From: Bacilli bacterium
GTDB lineage: Bacteria > Bacillota_I > Bacilli_A > RF39 > UBA660
Assembly (NCBI GenBank): GCA_041655735.1
Contig: JBBAEV010000002.1
Location: forward strand, 1-54,592
DNA: 54,592 bases
Direction of reading: 5' to 3'
Shown: piece by piece, positions 17,164-25,596 of the stretch
Layout of the letters: every line of letters begins with the position of its first letter
How positions within the stretch are numbered: the first letter of the stretch is position 1
Translations under genes and position numbers: made by a program
Notes under the pieces: model-generated
Database searches by the model: none
What the model was told of the DNA's origin: nothing
Seen by the model: only the letters and a program-made list of their open reading frames with translations

Positions 17164-17191
17164 AAACAATATTAACAAATATTGTTTTTTT
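17164..17191 (+). terminator. intrinsic terminator
   Basis: AAACAATATT-AACA-AATATTGTTT followed by TTTT. Confidence 0.8.
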
Positions 17192-17263
17192 ATTAATATA
17201 TTTAATTATATGGTATACTATAAATGCATTTTCTTTGAAAAAAAGAAAAGTTTTTGTGTTATG

Positions 17264-17277
17264 CGAACAAATGTATG
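17264..17277. promoter_or_regulatory. LexA (Cheo-type) box in the uvrB promoter
   Basis: CGAACAAATGTATG has a perfect left half-site and a degenerate right half. It abuts TGGTATAAT. Confidence 0.55.
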
Positions 17278-17284
17278 GTATAAT
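17276..17284 (+). promoter_or_regulatory. extended -10 TGGTATAAT of uvrB
   Basis: Read directly, 25 nt upstream of the uvrB ATG. Confidence 0.55.
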
Positions 17285-17309
17285 GGTAAAGTACGAAAGG
17301 AGAACTATT

Positions 17310-19265
17310 ATGTTTGAATTAAAAAGTAATTATAGTCCAGCTGGTGATCAAAAGAAAGCTATTAAAGAATTAGTATATGGCATAAATAGTAATAAAAAAG
17401 AACAGGTTCTCCTTGGGGCAACTGGTACTGGTAAAACTTATACTATTGCCCAAGTAATAAATGAAGTTAAGATGCCTACTTTAGTTATTGCGCACAACAA
17501 AACATTAGCCGGACAATTATATAATGAGTTTAGGGAGTTATTTCCTAATAATAGAGTTGAATATTTTGTTTCTTATTATGATTATTACCAACCGGAAGCA
17601 TATGTGGTTAGAAGTGACACTTATATTGAAAAAGATGCTTCGATTAATGAAGAAATTGATGAACTTCGTCATAGTACAACCGCTTCTTTAATAAGTAATG
17701 ATGATGTTATAGTGGTTGCTTCTGTCTCTTGTATTTATGGAATTGGCGAAAGAGAAGAATATGAAAAAAAGACACTTACTTTAAGAGAAGGCGTGACTAT
17801 CAATCGTGATGAAGTAATTAGTAAACTAGTTGACATGCAATATACAAAGAATAATATTGATTTTAAGAGAGGAACTTTTAGAGTGCGAGGCGACATCTTA
17901 GAGATAATTCCTATATATGAAAAAGCAAATTCTATTAAGATAGAGTTTTTTGGTGATGAAATCGAAAAAATAAAAGAAGTAGAAGTAGTATCAGGCAAAG
18001 TAATTAAAACTAAGAAGGTTATAACTATTTTTCCTGCTTCTCACTTTGTGACTAGTGAAGATAAGTTAAAAAGAGCTATTACGACAATTAAATCAGAACT
18101 AGAAGAAAGATTAAAATATTTCCGTGAAAATGGGAAACTTCTAGAAGCAGAAAGGATTGAACAGCGTACTAACTATGATTTGGAAATGCTTAATGAAGTA
18201 GGTAGTGTGAGTGGAATAGAAAACTATTCACGTCATTTATCTGGCAAAGAAGAAGGGGAACCACCAGAGACATTAATTGATTTCTTCAACAAACCATTTC
18301 TTACAGTTATTGATGAATCACATGTGACATTACCTCAACTTAGAGCGATGTACCAGGGAGATCATTCTCGTAAAGAGAGTTTAGTTGATTATGGATTTAG
18401 ATTACCCTCGGCTATGGATAATAGACCACTTACTTTTGAAGAGTTTAATAAAAAGTTAGACAAAGTAATATATGTATCAGCCACGCCTTCACCTTATGAA
18501 ATAAAACAAGCTAATAATGTTGTGGTAGAACAAATTATTCGTCCTACTGGTCTTGTTGATCCAGTTATTAAAGTATTTAATCCTACCAATCAAATAGATA
18601 GAGTAATTGAACTTATTAATGAACAAATTAATAAGGGTAATCGTACGTTAATTACTACGCTAACAATAAGAATGGCTGAGGAATTAACTAAATATTTAGA
18701 AGATATAGGAATAAAGGTAGCATATTTACACAGTGAAGTTAAGACTTTAGAAAGAATGCATATTGTGCGTAATTTAAGATTAGGTAAATTTGATGTTTTA
18801 GTAGGTATTAATTTACTTAGAGAAGGTCTAGATTTACCAGAAGTTGGACTAGTATGTATCCTTGATGCGGATAAGGAAGGGTTCCTTCGTAGTAAAACGT
18901 CTTTAATTCAAACAATTGGTCGTGCTGCTCGTAATAAAGATGGCATGGTTGTGATGTTTGCAAGTAAGATTACCGAGGGTATGAAATATGCCATTGATGA
19001 AACTAATCGAAGGAGAGCTATTCAGGAATTATATAATGAAAAAAATAATATAATACCTAAAACTATAGAAAAGGGTATCCCTGAATCCTTAGTAGCTGAA
19101 GAAGAAATAACAAAAGAAAATAAACTTCCAAAAATAACGAAGAAACAAAAAGAAAAAATTATGAAAAATGTTGAATATGAAATGAAAAAAGCCGCGGAAC
19201 AATTAGATTTCGAACGAGCTGCAGAACTACGTGACATATTATTTGAGTTACAAACGGAAAAATAG
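17310..19265 (+). CDS. uvrB: excinuclease ABC subunit B
   Basis: Motifs GATGTGKT and DESH, helicase C-terminal motifs, and a C-terminal UVR domain ([12 protein letters not shown]). The track start at 17235 would include the promoter. The ATG at 17310 follows AAGGAG. Confidence 0.95.
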   Translation: MFELKSNYSPAGDQKKAIKELVYGINSNKKEQVLLGATGTGKTYTIAQVINEVKMPTLVIAHNKTLAGQLYNEFRELFPNNRVEYFVSYYDYYQPEAYVVRSDTYIEKDASINEEIDELRHSTTASLISNDDVIVVASVSCIYGIGEREEYEKKTLTLREGVTINRDEVISKLVDMQYTKNNIDFKRGTFRVRGDILEIIPIYEKANSIKIEFFGDEIEKIKEVEVVSGKVIKTKKVITIFPASHFVTSEDKLKRAITTIKSELEERLKYFRENGKLLEAERIEQRTNYDLEMLNEVGSVSGIENYSRHLSGKEEGEPPETLIDFFNKPFLTVIDESHVTLPQLRAMYQGDHSRKESLVDYGFRLPSAMDNRPLTFEEFNKKLDKVIYVSATPSPYEIKQANNVVVEQIIRPTGLVDPVIKVFNPTNQIDRVIELINEQINKGNRTLITTLTIRMAEELTKYLEDIGIKVAYLHSEVKTLERMHIVRNLRLGKFDVLVGINLLREGLDLPEVGLVCILDADKEGFLRSKTSLIQTIGRAARNKDGMVVMFASKITEGMKYAIDETNRRRAIQELYNEKNNIIPKTIEKGIPESLVAEEEITKENKLPKITKKQKEKIMKNVEYEMKKAAEQLDFERAAELRDILFELQTEK

Positions 19266-19273
19266 GTGATATT

Positions 19274-22096
19274 ATGCAAGATAAAATAATAGTAAAGGGA
19301 GCCCGAGAAAATAATCTAAAGAATATTGATCTTGAGATTCCTAAAAACAAATTAATAGTAATGACTGGAGTATCAGGTAGTGGTAAAAGTAGTCTTGCTT
19401 TTAATACTATTTATGCTGAAGGTAGAAGAAGATACGTTGAAAGTTTATCTTCATACGCTCGTCAGTTTTTAGGCGGTAGTGATAAGCCCGATGTTGATTC
19501 CATTGAAGGACTAAGTCCTTCTATTTCCATTGATCAAAAAACAACTAGTCGTAATCCTCGTAGTACCGTTGGTACAGTTACCGAAATATATGACTTTTTA
19601 AGGCTGTTATATGCCCGCATTGGGATTCCTCACTGTCCTATACATAAAGAGTCTATTAGTAATCAAACAATTGATGAAATAGTAAATAGAGTGTTGGAAA
19701 ATAAAGAAGACAGTAAAATTCAAATATTAAGTCCGATTATTAGAGAGCGTAAGGGGGAACATCTTGAATTAATAGAGAATCTAAAAAAAGAAGGATATTC
19801 ACGGGTTTTAATTGATGATATTGCTTCTGATTTGGATGAAGAAATTGTTCTTGATCGTAATAAAAAGCATAACATCTCCGTAATAATTGATCGCCTTATA
19901 TTAAAAGATGGTATTAGAAGTAGATTAGCTAGTTCAATTGAAACAGCTTTAGAACTAGCTGATGGAAGATGTATTGTTGATATCAATGGGGAAAGGAAGA
20001 TGTTTTCAGAAGATTATGCTTGTCCTTATTGTGATTTTTCTTTACCTAAATTAGAACCTCGTATGTTTTCATTTAATGCCCCTTTTGGAGCTTGTAATGC
20101 TTGTCATGGTTTAGGCACGAAAATGGAAATTGATGAAGATTTAATTATCCCTAATAAACACTTGAGTATTAATGAGGGAGCTATTAAATCACTAAACCAT
20201 GAAGATAAAGAAAATATTGCTTATAATCTTTTATATCAAGTATGTAGTTATTATAACATTAATATGAATAATCCAATTGAAGAACTTACTAGAGAACAAT
20301 TAAATATTATTTTATATGGAAGTAAAGATATATTACCTTTCAATATTGAAACGAAAAATGGAAATATTATAAAAAGGAATGAGCCGTATGAAGGTATAAT
20401 CACTAATTTAAAAAGAAGATATCACGAAACTACCAGTCAATATATAAGAGAATGGATTGAAGGCTATATGGTGGAAAGTGAATGTGAAATATGCCATGGC
20501 TCAAGATTAAAGGACGCTATTCTTAGTGTTCTAATAGGAGGCAAAAATATATATGAGGTTACAACGTTAAGTATTAGTAACTTAATTCAGTTCTTTAGTA
20601 AGTTGAAACTAACAGATAGGGAACAAGAAATTGCGAGGTTGGTATTAAATGAAGTGAAAGATCGTCTTGCTTTTTTAAATAATGTTGGCTTAAGTTACTT
20701 AAATTTAGCTAGAAAAGCCAGTACTATTTCAGGAGGAGAAGCCCAAAGAATTAGACTTGCGACCCAAATAGGTTCAAGATTAACTGGGGTTTTATATGTA
20801 CTTGATGAGCCTAGTATTGGTCTTCATCAAAAAGACAATAAGAAACTAATTGAGGCTTTAATTCAAATGCGTGATTTAGGTAATACTTTAATAGTGGTTG
20901 AACATGATGAAGAAACAATGAGTTATGCTGATCGCATAATTGATATTGGTCCGGGGGCAGGTCGTTATGGTGGCGAAGTAGTTTTTAATGGATCTTATCA
21001 AGATATACTAAAAAGAGAAGATAGTATTACCGGGTTGTATTTAAGTGGTAAGAAGAAAATACCAATTCCTTTAAAACTAAGGGAAGGTAATGGTAAAAAG
21101 ATAAAAATAATAGGAGCAACAAATAATAATCTAAAAAATATAGATGTAGAATTTCCTTTAAGTAAGTTTATTGCCGTTACTGGTGTATCAGGAAGTGGTA
21201 AAAGTAGTTTAGTAACAGATATATTATTAATGTCTACTAAAAATTATTTATCGAAAAGAAGTGAACCGGTTGGTAGACATAAACGTATTGTTGGTCTAGA
21301 AAATGTTGACAAAGTTGTTGACATATCACAAAGTCCAATTGGTCGTACCCCTCGTTCTAATCCGGCTACTTATGTAGGAGTATTTGATGATATTAGAGAT
21401 GTTTTTGCAATGACAAAAGAAGCTAAAATAAAAGGTTATAAAAAGGGAAGATTCTCCTTTAATGTCAAAGGAGGACGTTGTGAAGCATGTAATGGTGATG
21501 GAATAAAGAGAATATCAATGCATTTTTTACCTGATGTTTATGTTCCTTGTGAAGTATGTCATGGAACTAGATATAATAGTGATGTTTTAGAAATTAGGTT
21601 TAAAGGAAAAAATATAGCAAATGTGCTTGATATGACGGTTGATGATGCTTTAGATTTCTTTTCTAATTTACCAAGAATAAAAAACAAACTAGAAATGATG
21701 AGAGAAGTGGGTCTGGGTTATATTAAATTAGGGCAATCGTCCCCTACTTTATCAGGAGGGGAAGCCCAAAGAGTAAAACTAGCCAAAGAGTTACAGAAGA
21801 GACCTACTGGTAAATCATTGTTTATTTTAGATGAACCCACGACCGGGCTTCATACTGAAGATGTTAAGAATTTAATTGAAGTTTTAAACAAAATCGTGGA
21901 TGGTGGCGATACTGTTATTGTTATTGAACACAATCTTGATGTTATTAAAGTGGCCGACTATATTATTGATTTAGGTCCAGAAGGTGGCGAATTTGGTGGT
22001 GAAGTAATTGTGGTAGGTACACCATATCAAGTGATGAATGAATCAAAGTCATATACTGGTGAATACTTGAGAAAAGTTTACGAAAATGATAGATAG
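19274..22096 (+). CDS. uvrA: excinuclease ABC subunit A
   Basis: Two ABC modules with GVSGSGKSSL, two LSGGE signatures, and CxxC zinc modules. Confidence 0.96.
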   Translation: MQDKIIVKGARENNLKNIDLEIPKNKLIVMTGVSGSGKSSLAFNTIYAEGRRRYVESLSSYARQFLGGSDKPDVDSIEGLSPSISIDQKTTSRNPRSTVGTVTEIYDFLRLLYARIGIPHCPIHKESISNQTIDEIVNRVLENKEDSKIQILSPIIRERKGEHLELIENLKKEGYSRVLIDDIASDLDEEIVLDRNKKHNISVIIDRLILKDGIRSRLASSIETALELADGRCIVDINGERKMFSEDYACPYCDFSLPKLEPRMFSFNAPFGACNACHGLGTKMEIDEDLIIPNKHLSINEGAIKSLNHEDKENIAYNLLYQVCSYYNINMNNPIEELTREQLNIILYGSKDILPFNIETKNGNIIKRNEPYEGIITNLKRRYHETTSQYIREWIEGYMVESECEICHGSRLKDAILSVLIGGKNIYEVTTLSISNLIQFFSKLKLTDREQEIARLVLNEVKDRLAFLNNVGLSYLNLARKASTISGGEAQRIRLATQIGSRLTGVLYVLDEPSIGLHQKDNKKLIEALIQMRDLGNTLIVVEHDEETMSYADRIIDIGPGAGRYGGEVVFNGSYQDILKREDSITGLYLSGKKKIPIPLKLREGNGKKIKIIGATNNNLKNIDVEFPLSKFIAVTGVSGSGKSSLVTDILLMSTKNYLSKRSEPVGRHKRIVGLENVDKVVDISQSPIGRTPRSNPATYVGVFDDIRDVFAMTKEAKIKGYKKGRFSFNVKGGRCEACNGDGIKRISMHFLPDVYVPCEVCHGTRYNSDVLEIRFKGKNIANVLDMTVDDALDFFSNLPRIKNKLEMMREVGLGYIKLGQSSPTLSGGEAQRVKLAKELQKRPTGKSLFILDEPTTGLHTEDVKNLIEVLNKIVDGGDTVIVIEHNLDVIKVADYIIDLGPEGGEFGGEVIVVGTPYQVMNESKSYTGEYLRKVYENDR

Positions 22097-22132
22097 TGTT
22101 ATAATATAAACCAAGAAAAGAGGAATAATATG
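22097..22132 (+). repeat. 36-bp promoter/RBS cassette, copy 1
   Basis: TGTTATAATATAAACCAAGAAAAGAGGAATAATATG matches 22718-22753 at 35 of 36 positions. Confidence 0.9.
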
Positions 22133-22717
22133 AGAGTATTTGATTTGGATGGAACAGTTCGAAAAGGAAATATAAGTGTTGATTTCTTTTGCTTTTGTAT
22201 GTTTAGACATCCCAAAGTATTATTATATTTTCCTACTTCATTACAAGGACTAGTTAGATATAAATTGGGATTAATAGATATAAGTGCTTCACAGAGTAAG
22301 TTTGTTAGATTTGTTAGATATATTAAAGATCCTCAAGAAACAGTTAATAACTTCTTAGATAAGACCTCTCATAAAACATTTGATTGGTATAAAGAACAAA
22401 GTGAAAAAGATGATGTATTTATAACAACATCACCAGATTTTTTAGTAGAGCCATATTGTGAGAGACTGGGAGTTACTAATGTAATCAGCACTAGAGTAGA
22501 TTTAAAAAATGCTACGGTTATTGATAAACCTTGTATTAGAGATGAAAAACTAAAAAGATTAAGAGAGATTTATGGAGAAGATCAGATAATAGATGAATTA
22601 TATACTGATAGTCTCTTGGAGGATAAATCATTAGTCGGTATTTCTAAAAAAATCTATGTTTATAAAAATGGTCATATGGTAAAAACAATTACTAATGATT
22701 GTCAAAATAATAAATAA
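22130..22717 (+). CDS. HAD-IB (SerB-like) family hydrolase
   Basis: Motif I FDLDGT, motif II ITTSPDF, and a distal YTDSLLED. 195 aa. Confidence 0.7.
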   Translation: MRVFDLDGTVRKGNISVDFFCFCMFRHPKVLLYFPTSLQGLVRYKLGLIDISASQSKFVRFVRYIKDPQETVNNFLDKTSHKTFDWYKEQSEKDDVFITTSPDFLVEPYCERLGVTNVISTRVDLKNATVIDKPCIRDEKLKRLREIYGEDQIIDELYTDSLLEDKSLVGISKKIYVYKNGHMVKTITNDCQNNK

Positions 22718-22753
22718 TGTTATAATATAAGCCAAGAAAAGAGGAATAATATG
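22718..22753 (+). repeat. 36-bp promoter/RBS cassette, copy 2
   Basis: TGTTATAATATAAGCCAAGAAAAGAGGAATAATATG. Confidence 0.9.
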
Positions 22754-23305
22754 TCAAGATTATCATTAGTACCATATGATTCACCAGTATTAAGGGGTCA
22801 TGCCTATAAAGTACAAAAGGTAGATAAACATATAAGATATATAATGGATGGTTTAGTAGAAACTTGTTATGAAACTAATCCTAGGTGTTTTGCTTTATCG
22901 GCTCCTCAAATTTGTATTAGTAAAAGAATAATTGTTGTTCCATATCATGATCAGTTAATACCTATTGCTAATCCCCGTATAATAAAAATGTCTGGTCTTC
23001 AAAGATATATAGAAGGATGTGGAACGGTGGATCTTAATCCTAGTATTAATGGGTACTTAAGAGGGTTTGTTGATCGTTTTGCTTTAATAAAAATGGTTGG
23101 TTTAGATTATAATGGTCGCCCAATTGAAATAGAAGCCCAAGGATTAGAAGCTCAAATTGATCAACATGAAATAGATCATTTAGATGGTATTTTATTTACT
23201 GATAAAATGAAAGATCCTATTATATTTAAAAGTGTCAAAGAGATAGATGAATTTCGTAAAAGTGAACAAGGTAAGTTAAAAGTATTAGTTCCGCCAATGA
23301 AATAA
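22751..23305 (+). CDS. def: peptide deformylase-like protein (divergent motifs 1 and 2)
   Basis: Motif 3 QHEIDHLDG is intact. Motif 2 reads EGCGT rather than EGCLS. Motif 1 reads CFALSAPQ rather than GxGLAAPQ. Confidence 0.7.
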   Translation: MSRLSLVPYDSPVLRGHAYKVQKVDKHIRYIMDGLVETCYETNPRCFALSAPQICISKRIIVVPYHDQLIPIANPRIIKMSGLQRYIEGCGTVDLNPSINGYLRGFVDRFALIKMVGLDYNGRPIEIEAQGLEAQIDQHEIDHLDGILFTDKMKDPIIFKSVKEIDEFRKSEQGKLKVLVPPMK

Positions 23306-23310
23306 TAATA

Positions 23311-23343
23311 AAAATAATAGTGATAATAAGTACTATTATTTTT
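23311..23343 (+). terminator. intrinsic terminator
   Basis: AAAATAATAGT, a 10-nt loop, then ACTATTATTTT. Confidence 0.6.
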
Positions 23344-23363
23344 AATTTATAGTAGGTGATATT

Positions 23364-25094
23364 ATGATAAAAGAAAAATTAAAATTACTTCCCTCTAGTC
23401 CGGGGTGTTATATTATGAGAGATTCTTATAATAAGGTTATATATGTAGGAAAAGCAAAAAATTTAAAAAATAGATTAAGTAGTTATTTTACTGGTAAAAA
23501 TAATTTAAAAACAGAAATGATGGTAAGTAATATAAATAATTTTGAATATATTATCACTTCAAATGAAAAAGAAGCTTTTATTTTAGAAATTAATTTAATA
23601 AAAAAATATAATCCTAAATATAATATCCTATTAAAAGACGATAAAACATATCCATATATAGAACTTACTAAAGAAGAACATCCCCGCCTTTTAATAACTA
23701 GAGAACCAAATAAAAAAAGTTATTTATATGGACCATATCCCAATGTATATGCGGCAAGAGAAACATTAAATTTACTTAATAGGGCTTATCCTATTAGAAA
23801 ATGTAAAAATATTGGTAAGAAAGAATGTTTATATTATCATATAGGTGAATGTTTAGGACCTTGTATTAATAAAATACATGATAAATCTTATATTGAAAGC
23901 ATTAAAAAGTTTTTAAAAGGTAATTATAAAGAAATAAAAAAAGAATTAACTAATAAAATGAAAGAACATTCTTTAAAACTAGAATATGAGAAAGCTAGTG
24001 AATATAAAGAATTAATAAACTTCATTGAAGTAACATTAGAAAAACAACAAATAGTATCAAAAGAAAATAAAGATATTGATGTATTTGGTTATTATTTTCT
24101 GGATGGAATGCTTTCTATTAGTATTTTATTTATTAGAAATGGAGTAGTTCTATCAGTAAAAAATGATATTGTTGAAGTTATTGATTCATATGAAGAAGAG
24201 TTATTAGAATATATTGTTAAATATTATGAAAAAAATAATTTACCAGATATATTATATTTACCTAATATAATAGAGCATAATATCATAAATATTATAAATA
24301 CTAAGTTATTATTTCCTATAAGAGGTGAAAAGAAAAATCTTTTAGATATAGCTGGAGATAATGCTAAAAACGCCTTAGAAGAAGCAAATAGATTAAAACT
24401 TAATACATTAGAAAAGACTATTGAAGCTAATAAAAAGATAGGGGAGTTATTACAAACAAACTATCCTAGAAGAATAGAGGCATTTGATAATTCTAATTTA
24501 TTTGGTAAAGATGCAGTAAGTACGATGGTAGTATTTATTGATGGTAAACCAGCTAGAAAAGAATATCGTAAATATAAAGTAAAATATACAACTAAACCAG
24601 ATGATTATAATACTATGAAAGAAGTAATTCTTAGAAGATACACAAGAGTATTTAATGAAGATTTAGATAAACCAGATTTAATATTAGTAGATGGTGGTAA
24701 AGGTCAAGTAAAAGTAGCTAGAGATATATTAAAAGAATTAGGGTTTTATATTCCAGTAGCGGGATTAAAAAAGGATAATAAACATAATTTAGACTCTCTA
24801 GTGGGATTAGATCCTATTGAAGAAATAAAAATAAAGAAAAGTACCTCTGAGTTTAGATTATTAAATAAAATAGCAGAAGAAGTACATCGTTTTGCGATAA
24901 CTTTTCATAAAAATTTAAGAAGTAAGAGTAATTTATATAGTGAATTAGACAGTATTGAAGGTATAGGCGAAAAAAGGAAAAGAGAGTTGTTAAAAAGATT
25001 TGGTTCCATAAAAAAAATAAAAGAATCCTCTATTGAAGAATTAAGTAAAGTGATACCTAGGAATATAGCGATAAAATTATTAAAGAGAGAATAA
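23364..25094 (+). CDS. uvrC: excinuclease ABC subunit C
   Basis: GIY-YIG N-terminus (GCYIMRD...IYVGKAKNLKNR), UVR domain (EYEKASEYKELI), and a C-terminal HhH (IEGIGEKRKRELLKRFGS). Confidence 0.93.
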   Translation: MIKEKLKLLPSSPGCYIMRDSYNKVIYVGKAKNLKNRLSSYFTGKNNLKTEMMVSNINNFEYIITSNEKEAFILEINLIKKYNPKYNILLKDDKTYPYIELTKEEHPRLLITREPNKKSYLYGPYPNVYAARETLNLLNRAYPIRKCKNIGKKECLYYHIGECLGPCINKIHDKSYIESIKKFLKGNYKEIKKELTNKMKEHSLKLEYEKASEYKELINFIEVTLEKQQIVSKENKDIDVFGYYFLDGMLSISILFIRNGVVLSVKNDIVEVIDSYEEELLEYIVKYYEKNNLPDILYLPNIIEHNIINIINTKLLFPIRGEKKNLLDIAGDNAKNALEEANRLKLNTLEKTIEANKKIGELLQTNYPRRIEAFDNSNLFGKDAVSTMVVFIDGKPARKEYRKYKVKYTTKPDDYNTMKEVILRRYTRVFNEDLDKPDLILVDGGKGQVKVARDILKELGFYIPVAGLKKDNKHNLDSLVGLDPIEEIKIKKSTSEFRLLNKIAEEVHRFAITFHKNLRSKSNLYSELDSIEGIGEKRKRELLKRFGSIKKIKESSIEELSKVIPRNIAIKLLKRE

Positions 25095-25107
25095 AATTTA
25101 TAATTAT

Positions 25108-25136
25108 TTGACTTTGTAAATTGAAGGTGCTAATAT
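25108..25136 (+). promoter_or_regulatory. promoter TTGACT-17-TAATAT for the 118-aa orphan
   Basis: TTGACT at 25108-25113, a 17-nt spacer, and TAATAT at 25131-25136. Confidence 0.55.
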
Positions 25137-25167
25137 ATATAATCGATAAAAGGGAAGGAAATGTAGT

Positions 25168-25524
25168 ATGAGTAAAAAAAATATATTGCTTTTTAGCGAA
25201 ATAATAAGGAGAATGAAGACGATTGATGTTTTTTATTTATCAGAAGAAGAAAAAATAATTTATCAAGATTTATTAATTAAAACCATAGGTAATGGTAATC
25301 AAAAAGAAATAAAGAACATACTAGACGAAATTGAAATTTTAAATATCTTACATAAAATAGACATAGAAAATGCATTAGATCCAATAGAAATGGCCAGAAC
25401 AATTATGCCTTTTGTAGAACAAATTTTAGAAGAAGGAATAAAAGGATACAACAAAGGATCAAAAGTATATAAAGCATTACAAAATAAAGCTAACCAAACG
25501 ATTGAACAAGCATATCAAAAGTAA
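25168..25524 (+). CDS. hypothetical 118-aa protein
   Basis: Has its own promoter, an SD (GGGAAGGAA) and a terminator. Predicted mostly helical and acidic. No motif recognised. Confidence 0.5.
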   Translation: MSKKNILLFSEIIRRMKTIDVFYLSEEEKIIYQDLLIKTIGNGNQKEIKNILDEIEILNILHKIDIENALDPIEMARTIMPFVEQILEEGIKGYNKGSKVYKALQNKANQTIEQAYQK

Positions 25525-25550
25525 AGAATAATTAATCAATTATTCTTTTT
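25523..25550 (+). terminator. intrinsic terminator
   Basis: AAAGAATAATT-AATC-AATTATTCTTT followed by TT. Confidence 0.8.
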
Positions 25551-25596
25551 ATTTGTTTATAAATATTAATTTTGTTATAATAATTATGGTGGTAAG

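Noticed and set aside
17235-17309. Long N-terminal extensions given by the ORF track: mutS 36, transposase 4615, GATase 13514, parE 14214, uvrB 17235, rnfE 32258, sepF 33798, ileS 34894, comEC 42170 and rpsT 47200.
   Set aside because: The extensions run through promoters, LexA boxes, terminator T-runs or the upstream gene, and they lack an SD. In-frame internal starts with good SDs give N-termini matching the known families.
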